A program made the translations under genes and the position numbers. Under the pieces are notes generated by a model that was given only the letters and a program-made list of their open reading frames with translations, did no database searches and had not been told where the DNA came from. Below, in pieces: positions 25,901 to 44,011 of a DNA stretch of 64,000 nt. Origin of the DNA: Eledone cirrhosa (lineage: Eukaryota). How positions within the stretch are numbered: position 1 is the stretch's first letter; the number at the start of each line of letters is the position of its first letter. The DNA lies in the NCBI GenBank assembly GCA_964016885.1, contig OZ024745.1:22196001-22260000 (forward strand), given 5' to 3'.

Positions 25901-28900
25901 CTAAACTGATACGTGCATATATGTATGTGTACCTGTATGCATATGTATATATATATGTATATATATATATATATATATGTGCATGCTACTGTACGTCTGT
26001 ATACATATATGTATGTTCGTATACATGCATACTTACATTTAAGTAAGTGCCATACTAAGAGTGAGAAATGAAATTTCGTTTTCATTTTGTTTCAATTTAT
26101 CGTTTTCGGTATGCCTGACCGATTTAACTCACTCAATATGCAAATTAGGCTGCTCAGCCGTTAATTTTCATAAGGAAAGTATATACTTTCGAACGTTCAA
26201 CTATCTGGCAGATGGGTAAACGGTGCTGATGATAGCTAACAAGCTTGAAACTAGTACATCGTTCCTGTGTCAGTGTTGAACAAAAAGGTGACGTGGTTGC
26301 CTTAACACCGTATGGCATAAATTCAGGCTGTTCAGTTTGTTTACAAACGAACAAAGCGACGTTATAATAAGCGCCGCTAAACTGATACGTGCATATATGT
26401 ATGTGTACCTGTATGCATATGTATATATATATGTATATATATATATATATGTGCATGCTACTGTACGTCTGTATACATATATGTATGTACGTATACATGC
26501 ATACTTACATTTAAGTAAGTGCCATACTAAGAGTGAGAAATGAAATTTCGTTTTCATTTTGTTTCAATTTATCGTTTTCCGTATGCCTGACCGATTTAAC
26601 TCACTCAATATGCAAATTAGGCTGCTCAGCCGTTAATTTTCATAAGGAAAGTATATACTTTCGAACGTTCAACTATCTGGCAGATGGGTAAACGGTGCTG
26701 ATGATAGCTAACAAGCTTGAAACTAGTACATCGTTCCTGTGTCAGTGTTGAACAAAAAGGTGACGTGGTTGCCTTAACACCGTATGGCATAAATTCAGGC
26801 TGTTCAGTTTGTTTACAAACGAACAAAGCGACGTTATAATAAGCGCCGCTAAACTGATACGTGCATATATGTATGTGTACCTGTATGCATATGTATATAT
26901 ATATGTATATATATATATATATGTGCATGCTACTGTACGTCTGTATACATATATGTATGTACGTATACATGCATACTTACATTTAAGTAAGTGCCATACT
27001 AAGAGTGAGAAATGAAATTTCGTTTTCATTTTGTTTCAATTTATCGTTTTCGGTATGCCTGACCGATTTAACTCACTCAATATGCAAATTAGGCTGCTCA
27101 GCCGTTAATTTTCATAAGGAAAGTATATACTTTCGAACGTTCAACTATCTGGCAGATGGGTAAACGGTGCTGATGATATTTAACAAGCTTGAAACTAGTA
27201 CATCGTTCCTGTGTCAGTGTTGAACAAAAAGGTGACGTGGTTGCCTTAACACCGTATGGCATAAATTCAGGCTGTTCAGTTTGTTTACAAACGAACAAAG
27301 CGACGTTATAATAAGCGCCGCTAAACTGATACGTGCATATATGTATGTGTACCTGTATGCATATGTATATATATATGTATATATATATATATATATATAT
27401 GTGCATGCTACTGTACGTCTGTATACATATATGTATGTTCGTATACATGCATACTTACATTTAAGTAAGTGCCATACTAAGAGTGAGAAATGAAATTTCG
27501 TTTTCATTTTGTTTCAATTTATCGTTTTCGGTATGCCTGACCGACTTAACTCACTCAATATGCAAATTAGGCTGCTCAGCCGTTAATTTTCATAAGGAAA
27601 GTATATACTTTCGAACGTTCAACTATCTGGCAGATGGGTAAACGGTGCTGATGATAGCTAACAAGCTTGAAACTAGTACATCGTTCCTGTGTCAGTGTTG
27701 AACAAAAAGGTGACGTGGTTGCCTTAACACCGTATGGCATAAATTCAGGCTGTTCAGTTTGTTTACAAACGAACAAAGCGACGTTATAATAAGCGCCGCT
27801 AAACTGATACGTGCATATATGTATGTGTACCTGTATGCATATGTATATATATATGTATATATATATATATATGTGCATGCTACTGTACGTCTGTATACAT
27901 ATATGTATGTACGTATACATGCATACTTACATTTAAGTAAGTGCCATACTAAGAGTGAGAAATGAAATTTCGTTTTCATTTTGTTTCAATTTATCGTTTT
28001 CCGTATGCCTGACCGATTTAACTCACTCAATATGCAAATTAGGCTGCTCAGCCGTTAATTTTCATAAGGAAAGTATATACTTTCGAACGTTCAACTATCT
28101 GGCAGATGGGTAAACGGTGCTGATGATAGCTAACAAGCTTGAAACTAGTACATCGTTCCTGTGTCAGTGTTGAACAAAAAGGTGACGTGGTTGCCTTAAC
28201 ACCGTATGGCATAAATTCAGGCTGTTCAGTTTGTTTACAAACGAACAAAGCGACGTTATAATAAGCGCCGCTAAACTGATACGTGCATATATGTATGTGT
28301 ACCTGTATGCATATGTATATATATATGTATATATATATATATATGTGCATGCTACTGTACGTCTGTATACATATATGTATGTACGTATACATGCATACTT
28401 ACATTTAAGTAAGTGCCATACTAAGAGTGAGAAATGAAATTTCGTTTTCATTTTGTTTCAATTTATCGTTTTCGGTATGCCTGACCGATTTAACTCACTC
28501 AATATGCAAATTAGGCTGCTCAGCCGTTAATTTTCATAAGGAAAGTATATACTTTCGAACGTTCAACTATCTGGCAGATGGGTAAACGGTGCTGATGATA
28601 GCTAACAAGCTTGAAACTAGTACATCGTTCCTGTGTCAGTGTTGAACAAAAAGGTGACGTGGTTGCCTTAACACCGTATGGCATAAATTTAGGCTGTTCA
28701 GTTTGTTTACAAACGAACAAAGCGACGTTATAATAAGCGCCGCTAAACTGATACGTGCATATATGTATGTGTACCTGTATGCATATGTATATATATATGT
28801 ATATATATATATATATATGTGCATGCTACTGTACGTCTGTATACATATATGTATGTACGTATACATGCATACTTACATTTAAGTAAGTGCCATACTAAGA

Positions 28901-29412
28901 GTGAGAAATGAAATTTCGTTTTCATTTTGTTTCAATTTATCGTTTTCGGTATGCCTGACCGATTTAACTCACTCAATATGCAAATTAGGCTGCTCAGCCG
29001 TTAATTTTCATAAGGAAAGTATATACTTTCGAACGTTCAACTATCTGGCAGATGGGTAAACGGTGCTGATGATAGCTAACAAGCTTGAAACTAGTACATC
29101 GTTCCTGTGTCAGTGTTGAACAAAAAGGTGACGTGGTTGCCTTAACACCGTATGGCATAAATTCAGGCTGTTCAGTTTGTTTACAAACGAACAAAGCGAC
29201 GTTATAATAAGCGCCGCTAAACTGATACGTGCATATATGTATGTGTACCTGTATGCATATGTATATATATATGTATATATATATATATATATGTGCATGC
29301 TACTGTACGTCTGTATACATATATGTATGTACGTATACATGCATACTTACATTTAAGTAAGTGCCATACTAAGAGTGAGAAATGAAATTTCGTTTTCATT
29401 TTGTTTCAATTT
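22904..29412 (+). mobile_element. Tandem array of ~13.5 x 464-478-bp hammerhead-containing units (retrozyme-like), with an inverted 5' segment
   Basis: Near-identical units whose length differs only in an internal (TA)n; 22904-23038 is the reverse complement of 23070-23206; (TA)n on both flanks. Confidence 0.92.
23383..23427 (+). ncRNA. Minimal type I hammerhead ribozyme, first of 13
   Basis: AACGGTG CTGATGA T AGCT-AACA-AGCT T GAA ACTAGT A CATCGTT. Other copies start at 23855, 24331, 24807, 25271, 25743, 26219, 26691, 27163, 27641, 28113, 28585 and 29059. Confidence 0.85.
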
Positions 29413-29419
29413 ATATATA

Positions 29420-29533
<114 letters not shown>

Positions 29534-29549
29534 TACATACATGCATGTG

Positions 29550-29839
<290 letters not shown>

Positions 29840-31112
29840 ATATCAGAAATAATTTGAAAACTCAACGCAGAATAGCTGTTAAAACACCCAAATACAAGTG
29901 AATGACAGAATGAAATTGGATAAAAATACCTCAAAGGACAAACATCAGTAGCCCAAGGTCAGTAAAGAGAAAAGGAAACCTGGGAGGAGTGGACGTGCAG
30001 ATAAAATGTAAATAATATTGAGAAGTACAAGTGTGTTGTTACATAGAAGTGATAGGAAGAAATAAAGATGTGTATGGGTGATACAAATTCACACATGCCT
30101 ACCTGTCACATCAGCTCTCAAACAATCAAGCAGTTTCACATGTGTAAAGTGAAATGACCGCATAATTTCCCAGTTCGTGCAACATAAATTATATATTTCT
30201 GCTGGTAAGATGTGTGAGTGTTAACAAAAACAGAGCAGATTGAAAGACAGGTCAAAGAGCGAAGTATAGCGAATTCTGTCAGCATTAAGCCGCCGGTAGA
30301 AAGGACATTGATAGTGCTAGGGCGTTGAGGTTTCGAATTATTTCTATGAATTTCAAATACACTCACATTTCGTCTTGATTTTCGAGACCACAATGTTTAC
30401 CTTTATTAGAGCTATGATTTATTAGCGTTCTAGTTTGAACAGGCACCATAGCCTCAGGCCAACTATAGTCCTCTTTCCATTCTTTTCTTTTATCTTTTTT
30501 TAATCTTCCTTTCCCTCTCTTTCCCACTCTTCTCTTTTCCCTTCTCGCACTTGCTGCTCTTGCTGTCACTTCCACCACCCCAGGGCATTTACTGTTCTTT
30601 CTACCTGATAGCTAATTCTTTCAATTACAGGTACAGTCCATCTATGTCACATACAGTGCCACATTCAATCACCATCAGATTTATATTAAAGGTACACATG
30701 GCTGAAGAATGTTCAGTTACTTAGACACTCTGTCACTCTCAATCGCTGAGATTTACATTAAGGGTACACATACCCAAGGAATACTGAGCCACTTACGCGT
30801 TAGTTTCATTACTTGAACATCGTCGAAAATGACCGAGGTCCATTTCAGTGAGCTACACCAGTCTATACTTAGCCAATGGTGGAAGAAGTAGACCTAAAAA
30901 CAAGTTAGTTGCTGATGCTTCAGTGAATCGAACACGGCTGGCTAGAGACTGAGAGGATGGCGTACGTGTCCTACAAACATGCGTCATTATAATCCAATGA
31001 TGTACAGATGGTATTAATGAGACGGCTATCGTTTGTCAACGTGAAGCAATCTTCAGAATGATACATCGTCTTCTCTTCCTCTGTCAGTCAGTCTCTCTCG
31101 ATTTTCTCTCTC

Positions 31113-33462
<2,350 letters not shown>

Positions 33463-35477
33463 CTGGCTGGCTGTCTCTCTGCTATTTGTGTATACATACA
33501 TACATATATATATATATACATACCTCCATATATACATCTATGCACATATGTTTGCTTTCATTTGTGTCTACTCTCTGATTGTCTCTTTCTTCGACCCATA
33601 ATGTACATCCCCCCCACCACCACCAAATTCGTATATATATATATAGAGAGAGATGCATACATAAAGAGATGACGAATTAGTGTAACATCTGTTTCCATAT
33701 AATGGTATTGTTATCACGTAGTCACGTGGTCTTATCTGTTTGTTCAAGTTATGTTGGTTGACAAGATTATGTGTGGGATATATCTCTCGCACATTCTATC
33801 CATATATATCCTTGTTCCCCACCCCCTCGCCATGCGTTACCTGCTAATCCCTCGCATCTACCTTAACCCACTCACACAATGTAGTTTCTTAACATATAAA
33901 AGTAATTCAAATATGTAGGAGACAAAAACCACTATAGAGTAACCTAACCAGTTAAAATTAGCAGCTAAGTTTCCGTCAAATCATACCTAACTGTCTCATA
34001 AAAGAAAGAATACATTTAAAAATGTAGTCCTAGATAATGTATGTTTGAAAACTAAAACTAGATAAACGGTATGGCCACAGCTGTGACACCTTTCATGTAG
34101 GAAGATCAACAGAGCTGAACTACAGGCTAAACAATACAAATCAACAGTATTTGCATATACAGAAAACATAAATATAGATCACAGACTCTAGTTAGAGTAA
34201 GAGGTAAATTCATAGGCTGACTAAATCTGTGATGTGGTTTCGATTTCTGTTTCAGAGCCATATGCGTAACGAAAACATGCATTAACCATGACAAATCTCC
34301 GTCAAAGCGTTAGCGCCTGAACAGACAAGTACCTGTAGAACCACAAATTATGTCACTATATCGTGGGTTCGGTTACGATGTAGTTCAGACAAAACCGCCC
34401 GATGGCCACATGGGAAGAAACCATATTAATAAATTGTCTGAGAGGAAACTGTCTGTGATGTGTCTGGTGGAAATAGTTAATATCTGTATTGCTTCGGTGA
34501 TATACTACCAAGTCGTAACCTGTCCCTAAAAATATATTACCAGACTGGAACATATACACTTACACTTCTTGTGATAGGGACAGCCTCCTTTCTTCAGAAA
34601 GTTCATTGGCTACCATCACCAACAACACGAAAGTATTGAAATGTTGTCACTAAATGATGCACAGACATGTGCTGAAGCTGACACTTGCCGTGTGATCAAG
34701 CCGCATTCCTGAGTCAAGAAGAGTCGGAAATTAGGGCTTCGGTGCCTGGAATGTTGCCAGGTGTCTACTTCCCTGTATCTGCTCCATGTAAACAACAAAA
34801 CGTTAAGATTTGGATTTCATACAAATCTAGGGGAGGATATGAGCTATGAAGTCCTGGGAGTGAGACAAGACGTCTAAAAGAACAGTTCTCATAGAGGACT
34901 TTCAGGACAAGAATATGAGCATATACAGCGAGTGAAGATACTGTCCCGTTCGCACTAGCTCAGTGCTCAGTGTCCTTGCATTGCTGAGTTTTATTCCGGA
35001 CAATTATTAACACGTGTGGTTATCAGCTGATTCTACATTAAAAATCAACCATTGCATTTGCTTTGGTAACGAAGATGGGGATTTATCCTTTGTATACATC
35101 TCGTGGTTACAGTAAAGTTGTGTGGTGAACGCTATTTAAAGGTTTGAGGACAGAGACATTCCTTCCTGGAAAAACCTCTCGTCCACTTTTTAAGATAACA
35201 ACTGGAGCAAAAAATGATCGAAGAAAGCGAGAGGTGTGTCCTTCAAATAAATTGTATGAAAGGCGGGTTTGTGAGGCAAATGTGGTAAAGTTACATGGGA
35301 CTAAATTGACTATATGGTTGCAGGGGAACAACAAGGATAGAGTGGAAACACTGCTTATAGTTTATCAGGGTAATCCGGTTGGTGTGTGGAGTGTCTATCT
35401 TTCTTTTCGTTTTGATAAAACGCTTTTTGTTGTATTCTATTTTATTTTGAGCTGTAGTCTTAGTTATATATATTATT

Positions 35478-35665
35478 TGGATTGTCTGTATCGGTAGAGG
35501 ATCGGACGCCATGCTTTGACGCAAAGACTTACGGCCCTTTCCATTCTGAGTTCAAATCCCGTCGAGGTTAACTTTGCCTTTCATCCTTACGGGGGTCGAT
35601 AAAATAAAGTACCAGTAATACACTGGGTAATTGCTGGCCTTGTGCCAAAAGTAGAAACAATTATT
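35478..35665 (+). mobile_element. tRNA-derived SINE, family A
   Basis: Head TGGATTGTCTGTATCGGTAGAG, B box GAGTTCAAATCCC, family core. Confidence 0.85.
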
Positions 35666-35821
35666 TATAATTATTTATATTTGTTGTTGATCTCAGTGCA
35701 TCTTGTTACTCAATGGAAATGATCCCATTATTTCTTGTTTTATGTTTTTGCAACTTATTTCACATTTCGTCTGTCCCCAACATCAAGGGCCCCTGTGACC
35801 AATAAAAGAAATTATTATCAT

Positions 35822-36008
35822 AACTTTGTGGCATAGAGTTGCGGCCCTTTAAGTTCTGAGTTCAAATCCCGTCGCGGTTAGCTTTGCCTTTGATCCTTAT
35901 GAGGTCGATAAAATAAAGCACTAGTAATGCACTGGGGTCGATTGAATCGACTTGCCCCTTTCCCCCCGAAGATTGTTGGCCTTGAGCCTGAATCAGAAAG
36001 TATTATTA
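35822..36008 (+). mobile_element. tRNA-derived SINE, family A (long variant)
   Basis: B box GAGTTCAAATCCC, family core, extra GGGGTCGATTGAATCGAC segment. Confidence 0.85.
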
Positions 36009-36214
36009 TCTTCTAATTTTCACCCTCCTCATCATCATTATTATCCTTATTTCTCCCCTCATCGTTATTCTCTTTATATTTATCATGTATAAAAACTCCG
36101 CTTGTATCTAGAGAATGCTGGGAGTTGAGAACAATTTCCACTTGTGTAACAAGCATGATGTATACTGGCTGAGACTCGGCATAAATCAGAACCCATTATT
36201 TATACATAATGACA

Positions 36215-36408
36215 CGGTGCTGGATTGGCTGTATCGGTAGAGGGTCTGACGCCACACTTTGCAGCAAAGAGTTACGGCCCTTTATAGTCTAAGTTCAAAT
36301 CCCGCTGAGGTTAACTTTGCCTTTCATCCTTACGAGGTCGATAAAATAAAGTACCAGTAATGTACTGGGTAATTGCTGGCCTTGCGCCAATAGTAGAAAC
36401 AATTATTT
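36215..36408 (+). mobile_element. tRNA-derived SINE, family A
   Basis: Head TGGATTGGCTGTATCGGTAGAG, B box GTTCAAATCCC, family core. Confidence 0.85.
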
Positions 36409-37239
36409 ATAAATAGCTGAGATCAATACAGAAGAACGAAACATTCGTATTATTTGGAAACAATCAAGAGACATTATTGTTATTGATACGTTGGTAGTTA
36501 TATGTATTACTACTTTAGACAGTGAATGTGGTGTGGTAAATGGAACCAAACTGCCACTCTCCTCGTCAATCCCGCTCTCCCCATCTCTTACTATATCGTG
36601 GTTGCTGTAATTTACGTTACAACACGGGTCTCTGGTGTTAGCTGTGATATTGTTGGTATCATATTAACCATGTCCGATACGATTATTTTTAAACACCTTT
36701 TGAGAATTGACTACTAATTTTCTCTGTAGTTTTCATCTTCAATGAAGTCTATCGCTGTGTCAAAGTCAACATTGACACATTTGGGAAACCCAACCCAAGC
36801 AATAACTGTGAGAAGGTTCACAAGGCTTTCTGTCACACAACCTAAATGATAGTCTAATGCACCAACCCAGTCACTCACAACAGCAGTGAAGCAAGTATTC
36901 CCAATAATATATCCGAGCACCTGGCACTGCTTGACCAGGTTTCAATGATGTTATCAGCAGCCATCAGGCCTAAAACGGTATGAAACTTCTGTCCTCTAAA
37001 GGAGCGTGATAAGTTTCTGTCCAGAACCTCTGATGTCGCTGACAGCAACAACAACATACCGAGGAAATTGAGGACGTTGAGAAAACGATTCTGCTTTCAG
37101 GCCCACACTAGGCTTAGTTTTAATACGGCATTGCATTAATGAGGGAAACGTCATTTATCTTAATGGAGAGAAACCAAGCAATTTTGTTTTTGGTCCTCAA
37201 AGGACCTATCGAATACGTTTCTTCTTAATTCCTCTTAAT

Positions 37240-38645
37240 CACCACCGTCATCATCATCATAAACATCGTAATTACCACATGCACCACGAACACCAGGACC
37301 ACTACAACCACTGTCATCATCACCGCCAACACCCACATCACTACTACTCAACCGCCACCACCACCACCACTAATACTGAAACCGCCACTATCATCATCAT
37401 GAATGTGATCATCTTCATCACTGTCATTCTCCTCTTCATTTTATTCAGTCTATCATTCCCTCACTTGCTCTTGCTCATCATCATCATCATCATCAACAAC
37501 GCCGCCACCATCCTCTCCTCCCACTTCATTCACCTTCTCCTCCTCCTCATCATCAAATTCATCATCACTACCACCACCGCAACAACCACTAACACCACCA
37601 CTACCATCACCACTCCAACTACCACCACCTCGATCAACATCACCGCTGCCACAATCATCACCATCATCATCATCATTATCCTCACTATATATATATATAT
37701 ATGTTATTACGCCCCTTTCTTTCTACTATTCCATCACCTCCTCCTACTCCTAACCCCCTCCTTATTACTGACGCCCTCCTCCCACTATCTCCACTTAACA
37801 GTTTCCGCCTTTTAAGCTTTAATTGCCGGTAAATAATAACGGCAGATCTAGCACGTTTTCTCGTCTAATCACCAACACCACCACCACCACCACCACCACT
37901 GCCACCAACACCACCTCACCACCACCACCACCACCACCACTGCCACCAACACCACCTCACCACCACCACCACCACTGCCACCAACACCACCACCACCACT
38001 GCCACCAACACAACCACCACCACTGCCACCAACACAACCACCACCACTGCCACCAACACCACCACCACCACTGCCACCAACACCACCACCACCACTGCCA
38101 CCAACACCAACACCACCTCACCACCACCACCACCACCACCACCACTGCCACCAACACCACCACCACCTCCTCACCACAACACCACCACCACCACTGCCAC
38201 CAACACCAACACCACCTCACCACCACCACCAACACCACCACCACCTCACCACCACCACCCCCACTTGCCACCACCACAACCACGCAACGACCACCACCAC
38301 CTCACCACCACCACCACCACTGCCACCACCACAACCACCAACACCACCACCACCTCACCACCACCCACCACTACGACACTATTCCCACTACCACCCACCC
38401 CCACTAACACCATCCACCACCACCACTACTACACTATCCCCCCCACACACCACTACCACCCCCACCACCCATCCACCGCCACGAGTGCATAACCAACGGC
38501 TGGCAATTACAACAATAACAACAACTGTTACTACAACAGTAACAACTACAACATCAACAACAACTATAATAGGTTGGTGTCATTACAGCAAGAATAATCA
38601 TTTATAATAGCTCCCAGTAGTAGTTGTAGTAGTAGTAGTGTTTGG

Positions 38646-38678
<33 letters not shown>

Positions 38679-39344
38679 GGTGGTGGTAGTAGTAGTGGTG
38701 GTGGTACTAGTAGTAGTGTTGGTAGTAGTAGTAGTGGTGGTAGTAGTGGTGGTCGTGGTAGTAGTAGTGTTGTAGTAGTGGTGTTAGTAGTGGTGGTGGT
38801 AGTTGTAGTAGTAGTGGTGTTAGTAGTAGTAGTTATGGTGGTGGTAATAGTGGTGGTGGTAGTAGTAGTAGTGTTGGTAGTAGTAGTAGTAGTGGTGGTA
38901 GTAGTTGTGGTGGTGGTAGTAGTAGTGTTGTAGTAGTGGTGGTAGTAGTGGTGGTGGTTGGTAGTAGTAGTGTTGTAGTAGTGTGGTAGTAGTGGTGGTG
39001 GTAGTTGTAGTAGTAGTGGTGTTGGTAGTAGTAGTAGTGGTGGTCGTAGTAGTAATAGTAGTAGTAGCAGTAGTGGTGGTGGTTGTGGTTGTAGTAATAG
39101 TAGTAGTAGCAGTAGTGGTGGTGGTGGTTGTAGTAATAGTAGTAGTAGCAGTAGTGGTGGTGGTGGTGGTTGTATTAATAGTAGTAGTAGTGAGTGGTGG
39201 TGGTTGTAGTAATAGTAGTAGTGGTGGTGGTTGTAGTAATAGTAGTAGTAGTAATGGTGGTGGTGGTGGTGGTTGTAATAATAGTAGTAGTAGTGGTGGT
39301 GGTGGTGGTGGTAGTAGTAGTAGTGGTGGTGGTGGTTGTAGTAA

Positions 39345-39384
<40 letters not shown>

Positions 39385-42300
39385 GGTAGACATTACGGTA
39401 TTAACTAACAGCAATAAATACAGAAAACTGCAACAACAACAACAACAACAAGAATACCTATAACAACAACAACTATAACAGTAACAACAACTATAACAAC
39501 AACAACAACAACAACAACAACTATAACAACAACAACAACTATAACAATAACAACAACAACAACAACACCTATAACAACAACAACAACACCTATAACAACA
39601 ACAACAGCTATAACAACAACAACAGTAACAACAACAATAGCGACAATAAAAACTATGGTAGGAGGAACAATAACAGTGAATACATCCATGACAACAACAA
39701 TAGTATTTATGAGACCAGACATATTGTTACCTACACTACTACTGGCACCACTACCACTAGTACCTACACCACTACCACCAACACTACTGGCACCACTACC
39801 ACTACCACCTCCACCACTACCACTACCACTAGTACCTCCACTACTACCACTACCACTACTGGCACCACTACCACTACTGGTACCACTATCCCACCATCAC
39901 TATACCACACCACTAGTACCTCCACAACTACCACACCAACACTACTGGCACCACTACCACTACCAACCTCCACACCACTACCACTACCACTAGTACCTCC
40001 ACTACTACCACTACCACTACTGGGCACCACTACCACTACTGGTACCACTACCACCATCACTATACCACTACCACTAGTACCTCCACAACTACCACCAACA
40101 CTACTGGCACCACTACCACTACCACCTCCACCACTACGCACTACCACTAGTACCTCCACTACTACCACTACCACTACTGGCACCACTACCACTACTGGTA
40201 CCACTAACACCATCACTATACCACTACCACTAGTACCTCCACAACTACCACCACCACTACTGGCACCACTACCATCATCACTATACCACTACCACTAGTA
40301 CCTCCACAACTACCACCACCACTACCACCATCATTATACCAATACCACTAGTACCTCCACAACTACCACCACCACTACCACCATCACTATACCACTACCA
40401 CTAGTACCTCCACAACTACCACCACCACTACTAGCACCACTACCACTAGCACCTACACCACTACCACACCACCTCTATACCACTACCACTAGTACCTCCA
40501 CCACTACCACCACCACTACTGGCACCACTACCACTAGCACCTACACCACTACCACCACCTCTATACCGCTACCACTAGTACCTCCACCACTACCACCACC
40601 ACTACTGGCACCACTACCACCACCTCTATACCGCTACCACTAGTACCTCCACCACTACCACCACCACTACCACCACCACTACCACCATCACTATACCACT
40701 ACCACTAGTACCTCCACAACTACCACCACCACTACTGGAACCACTACCACTAGCACCTACACCACTACCACCACCTCTATACCGCTACCACTAGTACCTC
40801 CACCACTACCAGCACCACTACTGGCACCACTACCACTAGCACCTACACCACTACCCACCACCTCTATACCGCTACCACTAGTACCTTCCACCACTACCAG
40901 CACCACTACTGGCACCACTACCACTAGCACCTACACCACTACCACCACCTCTATACCGCTACCACTAGTACCTTCCACCACTACCAGCACCACTACTGGC
41001 ACCACTACCACTAGCACCTACACCACTACCCACCACCTCTATACCGCTACCACTAGTACCTCCACAACTACCACCACCACTACTGGCACCACTACCACCA
41101 TAACTACCACCTGTATCTACATCACCACCAATACCATTACCGTCACCACTACCATCAATACTACCACGACCACTACCACCAGTACCACTGGCACCTCCAC
41201 CACCACCAGTACCACTGGCAGTAGCGTCACCATCTACCACCTGCACCACTACCACACCACCACCAGTACCACTAGCACCTCCATCGTCATCATCACCACC
41301 ACCATCACCACCATCACCATCACCATCACCACCACCATCACCACCATCATCACCATCAGCATCAGTCATCATCATCACCTCACCATCACCATCACACACC
41401 CACACCATCACCACCATCATCATCACCACAAACACAATACCAACACCACCATTACCACCATCACCACAAACACCACTACCAACACCACCATTACCACCAT
41501 CACCACAAACACCAACTACCAACACCACCATTACCACCATCACCACAAACACCAATACCAACACCACCATTACCACCATCACCACAAACACCACTACCAA
41601 CACCACCATTACCACCATCACCACAAACACCACTACCAACACCACCATCACCACAAACACCAATACCAACACCACCATTACCACCATCACCACAAACACC
41701 AATACCAACACCACCATTACCACCATCACCACAAACACCACTACCAACACCACCATTACCACCATCACCACAAACACCAATACCAACACCACCATTACCA
41801 CCATCACCACAAACACCACTACCAACACCACCATCACCACAAACACCAATACCAACACCACCATTACCACCCATCACCATCACCACCACCACCACCACCA
41901 CCATCATCACCATCACCATCATCATCACCACCATCATCATCACCATCACCACCATCACCATCATCACCATCATCACCACCATCACCATCATCATCACCAC
42001 CATCATCATCACCATCACCATCATCACCATCATCACCACCATCACCACCATCACCATCACCACCACCACCACCACCACCATCATCACCATCACCATCATC
42101 ATCACCACCATCATCATCACCATCACCACCATCACCATCATCACCATCATCACCACCATCACCATCATCATCACCACCATCATCATCACCATCACCACCA
42201 TCACCATCATCACCATCATCACCACCATCACCATCATCACCACCATCATCGTCATGACTGTCGTCGGCGTCATCATTATCATCATTGTTATCATCGTTAT
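37240..42300. repeat. Block of degenerate trinucleotide and compound repeats (CAC, GTA/GTG, ACA, CTACCA, CAT)
   Basis: Directly visible; the low-complexity ORFs here are artefacts. Confidence 0.92.
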
Positions 42301-42344
42301 CCTCAACACACATTTCCTCTTGGTTATGAAAATTTCGTGGGGGA

Positions 42345-42695
42345 CAGAGTCTTGAAATACTCCTTCCCGCGAGTCCTATCAATAGCAACCCCCTCTAACT
42401 GATCCCACTGTATCCTCAAGCAAGACCAGCCCAGCTCATGGATGTTACCCAACCATCTTGCTCAGGGGTCTACCATTAGGTATCCCGTCGGTGGATTTGG
42501 TTTTACCCGTGAAATCTGTCCAGCAATTCTTTCCTGAAATATTCTCATCACATGTCCGTATTATGGGAACTGTAATCTTTCAATTCAGATTAGTAGTTAC
42601 TCTATTTGGAGCGACCCCCTGATCTCCGAACTACGCACTCTGTTGAGTAAGGTTACTACAACGACCCTTCGGAGGGACCCTATTTTGGCTGCTGT
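42345..42695 (-). mobile_element. RTE-clade LINE 3' fragment (degenerate)
   Basis: Minus-strand translation AAKIGSLRRVVVVTLLNRVRSSEIRGSLQIE*LLI*IERLQFP*YGHVMR..ERI..RWLGNIHELGWSCLRIQWDQLEGVAIDR resembles the RTE/Expander C-terminus (AEMxFLRR..DRVRS..QLRWxGHVxRM..RW). Confidence 0.8.
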
Positions 42696-43671
42696 CTTAA
42701 ATGAGGAAGACATGTTGGATAGTTAGTGTAGTTGTAGATGTACTGTGTATTAATGGGAAGGTTTATACCTGAAAATATTTTGATTCTGAGGCCTGTTTAA
42801 TCGGGGATACATAACAACTTCAGTACCGAAGTAGTCAATGACCGAGCATTCTATACATTCGTGAGTCCTGCTAGAAATAGCAACCTAATCTCCTTGAAAC
42901 CGCACACGAATATATTAGAAAAGGAAGGATATGTTGTAATATATAGTTGAAGACATATTATGGTTGAAAAACTAGCGGAATTGTCGTATCTGGAATGTTG
43001 TTCAGAATACGTTAGTGCAATCTGATAAAGCGTTGAACTCAATAACAGCAGTAATATCAACAGCAACAACAACAACAAATGTATATATAGCGTAGTAGAT
43101 TAAATAACAGGATTGGCAACAATAAAGACAAACGTAGTTATAATTTGTTTTAGATTGGCCCAATGCCACTTACTTCCGTGGAGGGTATTGTTTGTTGAAG
43201 TGGATCCCAATACTTGACTGGTGCTTTATTTCACCGAACCCGGGAACATTGAAAAACCTAGTTGATAACCTTATTACTGTACAATTTCCCCCACTCTACT
43301 ACTGTCTGAACTCCAGAAGAAACAATAAAAGCCCCAATAAAAGCAACTATATTGGAGTACTATTCACATTACTATTGTCTCTCACACACACACATGCACA
43401 CACACACACATGCACACACACACGCACACACACATACACACACACTAACACACACACATAAATATTCCTAACCACACCCATCCTAATGAAAGCCATCCGA
43501 TCAATTACCACACTATAAACGCTACTTCATATATCGTGTTCTTTACTCTCTCTTCTCCTCCAACTACAATAGCCCGGTTTTCTCTGAACTAGAGATAGTA
43601 ATATGACATCTTTCGGTGAAATTCAAATGAGAAACCCGTCTGCTGTGTTTCACCTTCCACGTGTTGCATTA

Positions 43672-43746
<75 letters not shown>

Positions 43747-43799
43747 AATAACATTACAAATTGATCACAATTCTTTTAGAATAACGTTACAAATATAAT

Positions 43800-44011
43800 T
43801 GTTTCTACAAATATAATTGTTACAAATATAATTGTTTTGGCACAAGGCCAGCAATTACCCAGTGCATTATTGGTACTTTATTTTATCGACCCCGTAAGGA
43901 TGAAAGGCAAAGTTAACCTCGACGGGATTTTAACTCAGACCGTAATGGGACGTAACAATGCTAGAAAGCATGGCGTCCTAACCTCTACCAATACTGCCAA
44001 TTCACCGTCCT
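43800..44011 (-). mobile_element. Full-length SINE, family A, with 19-bp TSD
   Basis: ATAACGTTACAAATATAAT at 43781-43799 and 44012-44030. Confidence 0.88.

Noticed and set aside
23038-29412. Repeated 95-135-aa ORFs as a tandem gene cluster
   Set aside because: Frames shift with the length of the internal TA tract, no domain is recognisable, and the conserved signal is RNA structure.
34330-34800. Coding-like unique sequence (also 36700-37120)
   Set aside because: All frames are short and I recognise no motif with confidence; a translated search is needed.
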